Source of the DNA: Octopus sinensis
Lineage: Eukaryota
Length of the DNA stretch: 64,000 nt
Direction of reading: 5' to 3'
NCBI RefSeq assembly: GCF_006345805.1
Contig: NC_042999.1
Coordinates: forward strand, 24,614,001-24,678,000
The first letter of the stretch is position 1; each line of letters begins with the position of its first letter. The notes under the pieces are model-generated. The model did not search any database, was not told the origin of the DNA, and saw only the letters and a program-made list of their open reading frames with translations. Position numbers and translations under genes: made by a program. Positions 1-12,900 of the stretch are shown one piece after another.

Positions 1-174
1 TGACAACCGATGCTGGTGTGTTTAGGTCCCCGTCACTTAGCGGTTCGGCAAAAGAGACCGATAGAAAAAGTACTGGGCTTACAATAGAATAAGTCCCGGG
101 GTTGAGTTGCTCGATTAAAAGTGGTGCTCCAGCATGGCCGCAGTCTAATGACTGAAACAAGTAAAGAGTAAGAG
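1..174 (+). mobile_element. SINE family B, 3' part (window edge)
   Basis: matches the 3' half of the full copies at 30660 and 55162; (GAGTAAAA)-type tail. Confidence 0.85.
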
Positions 175-756
175 TATATATAATTCTTTGTCCCTCTGTA
201 ATAATTAGTGGCAAATTAGCAGTTCCATACATGTTCTATTTCATTCATTTGCTTATATTTTTTAAAATTTACACTGCAAACAGAAATACAGACATACTAT
301 AGTCCACAGTAAGCCATTATGCCTTATTTTTTCAGGAAATTCATTTCTACATATTCTCATGTGACTGCATAAGCTCACTTTATGTTTCTTTTTCTACAGC
401 CACACCAGCAATCCAATGTCAACTCTTCGCCTTCTGCAACATTTCAACAGTTCACTTTCCCGTTGCAGCATTTTTTCTGGAATGTACTCATGTACGTACA
501 ATATCTCCATTACACCTCCATTTATTTGACTGTCAACCATACAATGCATTGTGTTAGACACAGCACTGACGGCCTAAAAGGTGAGTATATCCACTGACAG
601 CTTTTTCGTGGGTTCAAAAATGACATACCCCACCACTCTCAATTTTCCATGATAGGTTAGGGCATGGAATCCTCCAAACATATAACATGTTGCTTAGTCA
701 AATTACACCATCATTTACTTCACAAATGTTTTGTCGTCAATGCTGCACTTTCTCGT

Positions 757-1138
757 CGGAGGCGCAATGGCCCAGTGGTTAGGGCAGCGGACTCGCGGTC
801 ATAGGATCGCGGTTTCGATTCCCAGACCGAGCGTTGTGAGTGTTTATTGAGCGAAAACACCTAAAGCTCCACGAGGCTCTGGCAGGGATGGTGGTGATCC
901 CTGCTGTACTCTTTCACCACAACTTTCTCTCACTCTTACTTCCTGTTTCTGTTGTACCCGTATTTCAAAGGGCTGGCCTTGTCACTCTCTGTGTCACGCT
1001 GAATCTCCCCGAGAACTACGTTAAGGGTACACGTGTCTGTGGAGTGCTCAGCCACTTACACGTTAATTTCACGAGCAGGCTGTTCCGTTGATCGGATCAA
1101 CCGGAACCCTCGTCGTCGTAACCGACGGAGTGCTTCCA
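757..1138 (+). mobile_element. tRNA-derived SINE family A, full length
   Basis: tRNA-like A/B-box head (TGGCCCAGTGG...GGTTTCGATTCCC); TSD cactttctcgt at 746-756 and 1139-1149; near-identical copies at 11581 and 42100. Confidence 0.9.
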
Positions 1139-1519
1139 CACTTTCTCGTATCACCTGTTTCAACATAATATATATACAAACTACACCATTTTAATCCCAA
1201 GCAATGCCGGGTATCTCTACTAGTCTAGAATAAATCAATTACTAAAATTTTAGCATTTGTCAATTGACATATAAAATCCCAAGCAATTTAATATTTCTAC
1301 ATAAATGAAAATAAGGAATAATAGATACCAATTTGATAGATCTTTCCAAATACATGGTGTCTTATTGAAATGAGTATCAATGCTAATATAGAAACCACAT
1401 TTAATGTAAATTCAAATACTGAATTCAAAAGACTGATTTGTCTGAGATTTTATGATTTCTATAGTTAAGCCATTTGTTTAATATTCTAATTCTTTAAGGA
1501 CATACAAACTAAAAATTAC

Positions 1520-1673
1520 TTTTCACTTTCCCCAACCCAGCTTGAAAGGAGATTAGCACTTGATATGGAATAAAATGTAGAGGTTATTGCCGAAGAAAGG
1601 GCAAGTGCCAAACGAGATTTTCCAGTTCCTGGTGGTCCATACAATAATATTCTTTTCCAAGGTCTTCTATTTC
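1520..1673 (-). CDS. AAA ATPase exon containing Walker A (GPPGTGKS)
   Basis: ttttcag|GAAAT...GAAAA|gtaatt; 154 nt, phase 1->2; (G)[50 protein letters not shown](K). Confidence 0.95.
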
Positions 1674-4455
1674 CTGAAAATAAATAAATAAATAAATAAA
1701 ATAAAGATATATAGTAATGTTACTTAATTTAAAGACAAGAGTCTTGAAATTAAAGAGAAGATAGAATTTGAGGAAAAAGATGAATGAGAAACGAGAGGCA
1801 TTTAAGAGATAACATAATTTCAGATCAAATTGTGCTATAGTAATAGACAGATGCTATCCATTCCACATGCAACTCCTGAGCTTAAAACTTCAATTAATTA
1901 TCAAATTCAGACCTAACATTAGAGTTTATAATTCCTATAATCACATATCACATGTACTAAAGATCAAAATACAAATAAACTAGGAGTGTATACACATATA
2001 TGGTTGGGCCTTCCATAAATAACTTTCACATTTAATTGCACCTCCCCAATCAGGAACCACTATTTTCTCAAATATACATTTATAACACAGTATATGAAAC
2101 TGGATTATTGAATGGGAATACTAAACAGACTAGACAGGGATATCATGAGATTACTACTAGTGATGATGCTAAAACGGGAAATTCGCAGCCCTATTTCACA
2201 ATAACAGTCAAAGACATTTCATCTCTATTAAAACTCAAGAGTTGTCATTTCATCTATATATATAAAACTGAGAATGTGTGTCTGTCTGTATGTGTGCATC
2301 ACTAAAACTCGAGAACTACCCAACCAATTTCATTCAAATTTTACACATGCCTTACTCAGGGTTCATGCAGTGTCATGGGTTAAAATAAAAATTTTCAACT
2401 TCTTGCCTAATGTGAGCCCAGAGCAATCTCTTATCTCTTACAGTATTTCAGTATTACGTGTCAAAAGTGAAACAATAATATCTCTATTGTAATGTGAGAT
2501 GATACTTTCAGTTTAATACTTTCACTATTAATACTGAAACTATTATCTCACATATATACATACACATATATATATATATTATATACTTCTAATATAAGGA
2601 TAACATTTTTTTCAAAAAAAATTTTATCAGTGGCCTTTTAAGGTGAAAATTATAAACAATTATAAATAAGGGCAAAAGAAAAAATTTCTATGCCAATATG
2701 CCGAAAAAATAGACTTTGTATCATCTAACAACATACAATATTTCACTATAAAAACACAGCGTATTGAAACGAAGAAAGCAAGTTAACAGAAATTTTTTTA
2801 AAATTCCATTATCCTTGAATCAGATCGAATAAATGGAATACTTACATATACCTATAGAAAAAAACAGATGCAAAGTCATGAATACATTTAAGTACCCCAA
2901 ATATATCCAAATAGAAATTCAGTAGCAAGCCTCAACACACGTGTAATCGGTCAGGAAACTCACATAGAGGGGTTACCAGTCCCAAAGTGAATAGTAATAA
3001 ATTTACTTCTAATATAAGGATAAAATTTTTTTCAAAAAAAAAATTTTATCAGTGGTCAGCATATTAAAGGTGAAAATTTTAAGGTGAAAATTATAAACAA
3101 TTATAAATAAAGGCAGAAAATGAAGGAGAGTATATTTTAGATAAAAAAAAGAACTTTGTTTATTTTAATTTTGAAAAATAAAGGAAGTATAAAAAACCAC
3201 ATTATTTATGAGATGACCCAATATATTTGTCTGGAAACATTGGAAAATCATTACGTACAAAATTAGAATCAACACTGTAATTAAAGAAGATATTGCTGTA
3301 CTCATCATTTAGATATTTACCTGTAAAAAGATGTGGAAACTGCAAAGGCATTATAATAGCTTCATATAATGCCTGTTTGGCATCAGATAAACCAGCAACA
3401 TCATTAAATGTCAAATGGCTTTTGGTATATATGCTGTCTTCAATGGCAGTTATTCGGTTTTGTTTAAATTTACCTATTAATGAGATTAATGATCAGAATT
3501 TGTAATCTATTATAAATACTAATTAGCAAAATGATTAAAAAAATTAAAATAAATTAATAACAAAAGGAATATTTTCAGCTGATGTCCATAGCTGAGATGG
3601 AATTTCTAAGTCACAATTTTTTTTTTCACATACTGTGAATTCTCAAGGGAAGTGAGTTCAGAAGTCTGTTAACCTGATGATAATTTATGAGGCATCTTTC
3701 CTCTCACTCTCTCTCTCATGCACATTCTTACATGATTTTCTTTACAACACATACACAGCCTATCTCTCTTTTATCTTAGTCATTCTTTACTCTACCTATT
3801 AGCTACTCCAACAGTATTTTTCATCATCATCATCACCATCATTGTCATTGTCATCATCATCATCTACTATCCATTTTCCATGCTGGCATGGGTAAGACAG
3901 TTTTACTGGGGCTGGTAAGCCAGAGAGCTCCACCAGGCTCCAGTCTATTTTGGCTAGGTTTCTACAGCTGGATACCCTTCCTGATGCCAATCACTCCACA
4001 GAATGTACTAGGTGTCTATTACATGTCACCAGCACAGATGTTTTCTATGTGCCACTGGCACGGGTGCCTTTTACATGTCACTGGTACAGGTGCCCTCAAT
4101 GTGTTACTGATATGGGTGCCTTTCATGTATCAATGGTACTGGCCATGACTACAATGTCACTTAGCTTGATATGTCTTCTCAAGTACAGCAAATTACCAAA
4201 TGTCTCAGGCACGTTTTTCATTTTCTCTATTTCTTTTTCTCTTTACTCTTTTACTTTTTTCAGTCAGTTGACTGCGGCCATGCTGGAGCACCACCTTTAG
4301 TCGAGCAACTCGACCCCGGGACTTATTCTATGTAAGCCCAGTACTTATTCTATCGGTCTCTTTTGCTGAACTAAGTGACGGGGACATAAACACACTAGCA
4401 TCGGTTGTCAAGCAATGCTTGGGGGACAAACACAGACACACAAACATACACGCAC

Positions 4456-4494
<39 letters not shown>

Positions 4495-5307
4495 CATATA
4501 TACGACGGGCTTCTTTCAGTTTCCGTCTACCAAATCCACTCACAAGGCTTTGGTCGGCCCGAGGCTATAGTAGAAGACACTTGCCCAAGGTGCCACGCAG
4601 TGGGACTGAACCTGGAACCATGTGGTTGGTAAGCAAGCTACTTACCACACAGCCACTCCTGCTATTGATTCTTTTGTGTGTTTTTATTTTGTTTAAATTT
4701 TTTATTCCCTTCCATATTGTTCTATAGATTATTTCATTATTTTTTTTCTATCTCTGCTCTCAGTTGTTAATACCTTCAGCTCTTCTCCATTAATGTAATA
4801 AATTACATTAATGGAGAAGAGCGCATTCTTTAATGTAAAAGTTGGGTTGTAATAATACTGAATATGAATAGAAGATTAATTACAAATATTACTTAGCTAA
4901 TCCACACAAAATAGGATAATGTGTTTTTTTTAATAAATGTGGGGAGAGGACCAAATCAATAAGTTCCTCAGAGATCTTTAAAGAAGCCAATATAAAGTAC
5001 TTCAAAGAAAATATTATGTAATCAATACAAAAGGATTGTGTGTGTACACATAAAATGTTTCATATACTACCATTCATATTGCATAAGATTCTTAAACAAT
5101 GAAATATATTCTACCTATATACATATATACATACACATATATATATATATAGATAGATAAAACTTACTTGGAAGTGGATGCGTGGCATTCGATCATATAA
5201 TAACAAAATAATAAATAAAACATATGCATATATACATATATATATATGTACCTACATCTATATGTATATATAAATGCATATATGGGTACAGGACACCCAT
5301 ATATATA

Positions 5308-5350
<43 letters not shown>

Positions 5351-5423
5351 TACATATATACATACATATATACATATACATACATATATACACATACATA
5401 AATACATAAATATATATACATAC

Positions 5424-5520
<97 letters not shown>

Positions 5521-5521
5521 C

Positions 5522-5575
<54 letters not shown>

Positions 5576-6394
5576 ACAAAATAATATATAAAACATATGC
5601 ATATATACATACATATATGTACGTACCTACATCTATATGAATATATACACGCATATATGGGTACAGGACACAAAAAAAACGTCAAACACAATGAGAAATG
5701 AAAACATAAAAACAGAACCACGGAAACGGACATTTTTTTAAACAATGAAAAAACAGGGTACAAGACATACAACACAAGGAAAATTCCCCTTCTTCAGCTG
5801 CCTCCGCTTCGTCTACTCCGTGTTTCGAAGGTAAAGGCGAGACACAACTTCGGTGAAACAGTACTTCCCACAAAGCAAATTAAATAAAATTTGGGATTTT
5901 TTGCAGAGGGGTAAAAGTGGTAACAAGAACAGGACAGTAAAAACAATACAAATAAAAACAGTAAAATACAGGACAAGGAGGGCTGTGAAGCCGAGACGAT
6001 GGAAAAATTATTTTGAATGCATTGAGAAGATGGCTTATGAGAAGAACAGGATAAGCCGTGTTGACTTGCTGAAAGTAGCAGTCGGAAAATATATCTACGT
6101 ACATACACATATATATATATATAAAGGGGTAAAAACCCCCTTCGGTCATGAATGACCATGGGATTGCACCTAGAAAGTTACCCTCCTAGACACAAGTCCG
6201 GGCAAGGTTGTTTATGGAAGACCAGCAGTCGCCCATGCATACCAGCCTCCCCTCTCCACGCCACCAGTGTTATCCAAGGGAAAGACAAAGGCCGATACAG
6301 CTTGGCACCAGTGACGTCGCAACTCATTTCTACAGCTGAGTGAACTGGAGCAACGTGAAATAAAGTGCCTTGCTCAAGAACACAACACGCAGCC

Positions 6395-6434
<40 letters not shown>

Positions 6435-6882
6435 CATGAAAAATGTACATTAAATGATGATAGATATACAGGCATGGCTGTGTAGTAGGAAGATTGCTTC
6501 CTAATCACATGGTTTCGAGTTCAGTCCCACTGTGTGACACCTTGGGCAAATGTCTTCTACAACGACCTTGGGACAACCAAAGCCTTGTGAGTAGATTTGG
6601 TAAATGGAAACTGAAAGAAAGATGCTTGTTGTGTGTGTGTGTGTGTTTGTCACCCACTATTGCTTAATAACTAGTGTTGGTGTGCTTACATTCCTGTAAC
6701 TTAACAATTTGGTAAAAGAGGCCGATAGAATAAGTACTGGAGTCAATTCTTTCAACTAAACTAAAAAAGAATTCGTCAATGGCCACAGTTTAATGACTGA
6801 AACAAGTAAAAGATAAAAAATAAAAGACAGACAGACACACACACACACACATACATACATATATATATACATATACATACAT

Positions 6883-6939
<57 letters not shown>

Positions 6940-9900
6940 ATATACAGGTTGCTCCATAACTGGATATTTAATTGCTTGAACAATTGTTTCATGAAATACA
7001 GCAGAATTTATATTTAATTCCACTGCATTGGAAATTTGATTTGTCATAAGATGGCATCATAATGTATTTACAGAATATTATTTCAATATATTAATTTCAC
7101 TCTAAATATGAAGACATAATACAAACTTTTTTCTGATGGACTTGTATCACTTATTGGGTGTTCAGACTGTTTTTTCTTCCATTTAGCAATCTTTCTATGG
7201 TGAGATTCTAAACACTTCAAAAGATGCCACAACACATTCTGAAACAGTAAAATATAATATTATCATCGATATTTTAACATATATTTTTTTCATACTGACA
7301 TAGGTTGAATGGGTCTGTCATACTTGTCTCAATATTTTGTACTCTCTTTTACTATGTCTGGTAAAATGCTTAAGCAGCATTTCCTCCATCTTTACGTTCT
7401 GATTTCAAATGCCACCAAGGTCAACTTTTCTTTCACGCTTTCATGGTTGATGGAATAAGTACTAGTTGAGTAGTGGAGATGATGTAATCGACTTAGCCTC
7501 TTCCCCAATTGCTGACCTTGTGCCAAAATTTGAAACCAATATTTTGTTGTCTCAGATCTTCAGTTGTATAAATCACCCTCCACAGAATGAACATCATACT
7601 TTTTCACCTAAATTTCATCATCTATTTTCATCACATGTCCATATCAGCACAGATTCGCCTTGCATAAAGCAACCAGTACCTTTAATATCCGGCCAGTTAA
7701 AATTACATATCCAATTGATCATGCTCACCTCATTTCTCTCAAACTTTTGCAGATCTTTCATGTTAAATTCTCATGTTTCATTATTGTGCATCATTGCAAC
7801 TCACCTCCATATAAGAACATATAAGAGTTGTCTTAAATGTTCATTTCATAGTTCTTACTACTAACGACTGTTAACTTGTGATTTCTATCAGCCTACCAGA
7901 TACCTCAGTGCATCATTGTTTGACACCCTTCTTACAAATTGAGCAAAATCACTTTTTAGGAAAAGTGATATAAATCTAATTATTTTCTACTCTCCCAAAA
8001 ACTAAGTCAGCGAAAGAATACTTATTTTCTGTACATCAGCTATTATAACTATTTGCAGTGTATACAAACTAGAAAAGATTAGTTGCTAATTAGTATTTAC
8101 AGCCTATACAAATTAGGACTGTTCTACCTATGAAAAGATAAAAACTGAGGAGCAATCAATTTATTTTCCATAATGTTTTATTATTAAAAGGTATACCTTA
8201 CATGATACATAACTTTCAAATTATTCAAAAACTGTGTGTAATGCACTATGAATTAATTCTCTTTGTCAATATATGCACTATTATGTAAATTAGACTGACC
8301 ATTTGAATTTTATCCTAGTCTATAGGAAGGAATTACAACCGTGTTTCATGGTCTGCTACCACAACAGCTCCTTTATAGGATCCAGTTAGCTCAAGACATC
8401 ATCAAGAGGAACCATGTCCGGTTTTGGCCCCTACTCCTCTACCATTTTGACGTGGCGGGGCCCCACCTTTCGGAGGTGTCTTCATCTCTGGTGTTGGGTG
8501 CACATCTTCTTTCTTCTGTTCCCTGGCCTCTTCGATGTATCGTCAGCGAGTGTCAGCCGGTGACTGAGTGACTTGTCAAATTTTTCCCTTTAAATACCTG
8601 CCGCTAGGCTCCAGCAGGCAGTCCCAGCAAGTTGTCACGTGACACTGTCTCACCTTAACTGACTAGTGAAGGCGTGTAGTTTTAGCCCGCGCATTCTCTA
8701 AACGACTGTCACCTGTCAGTCAGCGAAGCTGATTCAGTGTCAGCTTGTCTCACCTAATGATGTTATTTCTCGCTGGCATGTTATGACTTTCAAGTCATAT
8801 AAGTGGTTATCTTTATATATAAAAGTGAGGTTGTGTGCTGTCTGTCTCCTACGATTTAGATTCCTAACTACTCCCACATTTTGCGGTGCAGTTTAACCAA
8901 AACCGGGTATCTTATAGTCGTGATTCATATCGAGCCCTTCTGGGTATTAGCGCGCGTCTACGATGAGTCTACGATTTAAAAAAAAATTTACCATCAATTT
9001 TTCCCATTTTTAATGCATTTTTGGCATATATAAGGGAAGTAACTCTCTAAAAATTTATTATTAAATCTCAGAACGTAAAAAGCTACATTAACACCCCCCC
9101 CTTTGTGGTTAGCCATATTGAGATGGCTATTATACTTTACATTTCTAAAAATGCTTATATAGTTATTTCCCTTACAAACCTGAGCAACGCCGGGCGATAC
9201 TGCTAGTAAGCTATAAATCTCTTTTAGCAGATGTGTACTCTTTTGCTGATGAAGCTCTAAGATGTGTAAGAACTAACCAGACTGATTCTACTTTTTCTAC
9301 TGACACAAGATATGAAACTCATGCAGAAGAGCTAAAATTGTATGTTTATTAACATGACATTTCATTTCAAATTACCTCAAAATGCTGTGTAGTGCATTAT
9401 GAATTAATGATATATCTATTTTCATTTTAGTTCACCAAAATTTTTTTCATATGTATTTACTGTTTTCAATTATAGATGATGTAAAAAAAAAATTTAGTTA
9501 CCACTAAAAGCTGGTCATTTTCTGTGGTCATAAGTTGTTGAACAATTCCATGGCAGTGTTGAACTATATTTAGAGTTGTATCTTTGTTAAAATCTGGAGA
9601 TATCTGAATATTGCTGAATACATTTTCCAAACTAAAATTGAAATATATAACTTTTTTATTGAATGTGTGTTGGACGAAAAAATGCTTTATATATTACAAA
9701 ATCAAAAGTATGTGAGAAAGAGAGAATAGGTAAAAATTGAAGGCAACTGGAAAGTGAACACAATCTTATCTTTAACTTAACCTAAGTAAATTACTTTATG
9801 AGAGATATTGAATACATTACTAATATAAAGAATTTCAAAGGGGAGCCTTCTCCACAAAGAATTATTGGGAATATTTTAGAAGAAAGCAGGGAAAACCCAT

Positions 9901-12900
9901 AATTAGTCTAATGTGTTAATTCTTCAGTTCAACAGAAATAACACCTAATTCCTTCAATCACTGACAGTGGGCCTTAATGGCCCTTATTTCAATGGTAATG
10001 TAATTATCCATAAAAAATTATGTTAAATTATTTCATTTAACATATTCATATGTAAACTGAATTACAAGTCTAAATATAAAACAGGTTCTATTAGCTATTA
10101 CAAAAAATATTAACAACAATTTGTCATAGTAATCTTGAAATTAAATTAATACAACTTACCAAGAAACAGATTCTGTGGTGGTTTTGAAGAGCAATGAAAG
10201 GAAAAAAATATTAAAAAATCATAAAATGAACATCAGGGCAAAATGATATCTTTCAACAAACCACAAAGGCAATTATTTTCAAGGATAAACATAATTAACC
10301 TTTTAAACACCAACGCACCTGAAACTACTTCTATTAGTGTTCAACTTTTAAACTCAAATTTTGGACTATAATAGATAATAGATTTCAATAGTTACATAAA
10401 AAGTTAGTTATTCCACTAAATCTTTTATATAATACTTAGATGTAATTTTGTTGCTCATTGCAGAACGGATTTTTATTTAACAACATATTTTTACAGGAAA
10501 AGAAAGGAAAAATTGAAAGTATAAAAGATTAAATTATCGAATTATCAACAAAAAAAAACCCCAGAATTACTTTAACAAGGAAACAAAGAAAAAGAAAAAA
10601 ATGGGAGGGGGCAATTAAGCAGCAACAAATGTGGAGAGAGAAACAGGTTGTACACCCCAGTCTAAATGGTGTGTTCAGCCATGTCCCGTGGACATAACTG
10701 CAAAGGCATTGCTGTGGAGAATAACCAGTGACACTTGTTGCAACAGCCACCGCACCCCACAGGGCTCATTTCTTATATAGGCTGTTGTTATCCTGATTTT
10801 GTGGAAGAAATCAGTCTAAGAACATCTGAGGTCTCAATGGTGACTGACACAAACAGATGGTGGCCATTTAGGCTATGGTATTTGCTTTTTTTTATTACAG
10901 GAAACAATACCCAGGTTTGCTGCTAATGCAACAAGGCCAAACATAGAATATGCTGTAGCATGTCATGTCTCAGATTAATGATTTACTTCCCTCATATGGG
11001 AAGAGGGTTAGTCCATCACTGTGCTTACCATCCCCGCAGTCAAGACCTACTGGCTCCAGTTGTGATGGAAAACCAACCATGTTAAGGCCCCTTCTTATGA
11101 GCAGCATGTCAGAGGATCTGGCCCTTGCTTTGGCTACAGAATAATGGATGCAGGCTGAATTCATTGACTACAGCCCCACAATAGCATTTGTATGGCTCTT
11201 ACACTTGGATACTAAGGTGCTGGGTTACTCCAATTCGAGTGCACTCATCGTTACGAAGGGTATCAATCTTGATTATTTAGATGATTAATACACAAAGGAA
11301 TAATATTTGTGTGAAAAATATGGTCACAAAAGGTTTAAATGGATCCAATAATACATACTTTATTGACTGCAGGGCCAATGGCAGCTTAAGATACTGCTAC
11401 AAAAATTAAAATTTTGATTATGGGTCACATTAAGTTGATCAGTTAACTACCGTCATGCTTGTTTAATCAGAGCTGACCTGAGGATACACAAGAACAAAAC
11501 TAAATACTTGACTCTCATACTAATCTAATTGTTATTTCTAACTTTCATATTCATATAGAATGTATATAGAAAATTATGTGGAGGCGCAATGGCCCAGTGG
11601 TTAGGGCAGCGGACTCGCGGTCCCAGGATCGCGGTTTCGATTCCCAGACCGGGCGTTGTGAGTGTTTATTGAGCGAAAACACCTAAAGCTCCACGAGGCT
11701 CCGGCAGGGATGGTGGTGATCCCTGCTGTACTCTTTCACCACAACTTTCTCTCATTCTTACTTCCTGTTTCTGTTGTACCTGTATTTCAAAGGGCTGGCC
11801 TTGTCACGCTCTGTGTCATGCTGAATATCCCCGAGAACTACGTTAAGGGTACACGTGTCTGTGGAGTGCTCAGCCACTTACACGTTAATTTCACGAGCAG
11901 GCTGCTCCATTGATCGGATCAACCGGAACCCTCATCATTGTAACCGACGGAGTGCTTCCACATATAGAAGATTAAATTAATATTTATTTCCACATCTTCA
12001 ATGCATCAGTCCTCTCAATTCTCCTCTATGGAGTAGAAACATGCCTCCACCTCTAGAAGACCCTGGCAATGAAGATCAATGGTTTTTTAACAGAGCTCTG
12101 CAGACCATCGCAAACATCAGATGGTACCATCACGTTTCCAACAAGGAACTGCATGTGTGTACACATCAGCTCATAGCCTTCCACCTCTTAGCTATCCATC
12201 ACATGTGCTAGTACAGACATGTCCTCCATCCCCTATTAGATCATTCTACTAGGGTTTTATTCTTATTCAATGCAGCAGCTGTAGGCTGAAAAAAATTCAT
12301 GATAGGCCCCACATCAGATGGCTGAACATGATTGGGGAAGATCTCCAGAGGTTTGACATCACCTTGGAGGATGCAGAGAGGCTGACATGGGACTGCCAGC
12401 AATGGAGAGCACTTGTAGACCTGGTCAGATCTGCACGACATCTCTGGGACTACTAAACTGGGATGACCCCAACCCCATCAAGCAACAGCATGGAGCAAAG
12501 CAAAAGTGAAAACAGTATATGATTGATACTTATTTTAACAGCCCAGTAGAATGCATGGCAATGGCAGACACAATAGACATTGAACTTGGCCTGATATGCA
12601 GAAAACAGCTAAGTATCATATATTCCATATGCTGTACCCAATATAGGCTATGGACATATGAGAAGTGTAGCAGAATCATAAGCAGACTAACAGAGAAAAT
12701 AAGGTTTCTATGTAATAGATACATTGGAGCAGTATTTACTAGGAGCATATTGGGAACAGATGCTCTTAAATGCCTGGATTGCGTGCTAGAAGTAATTAAT
12801 AACTTCTGTAATTTAATTGTTACCTAATTTTCAGGGGAGGTGGTCACCCTGAAACTATAGTTAGGGTAAGGACAGGTTGGAAAACATTCAGGGAGCTATG

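Noticed and set aside
757-830. tRNA gene-like sequence (also at 11581, 19485, 42400, 56830)
   Set aside because: These are SINE heads: they continue into a conserved body with TSDs and lack a complete cloverleaf.
840-1091. Conserved 83-aa ORF repeated at 11662 and 42152
   Set aside because: It is the SINE A body; the conservation reflects recent copy age, not coding function.
3640-3679. Candidate 40-nt linking exon ([13 protein letters not shown]) for the AAA ATPase
   Set aside because: The acceptor lacks a pyrimidine tract, and its phase-0 start does not match any credible donor of the 7238 exon; left unresolved.
5193-5775. Several 100-150 aa IY/YI-rich ORFs
   Set aside because: They are translations of (TA)n/(TACA)n microsatellite.
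5775-5870. CGAAAC...CTGAAGA (minus) and AC-TTCG-GT-GAAAC (plus) as hammerhead candidates
   Set aside because: Stems I and III cannot be formed with the correct spacing, and the plus-strand motif lacks a CUGANGA box.
6945-7050. Minus-strand frame [12 protein letters not shown]...[15 protein letters not shown] resembling an AAA segment
   Set aside because: There is no usable acceptor, and it is out of frame with the 7238 exon; likely chance.
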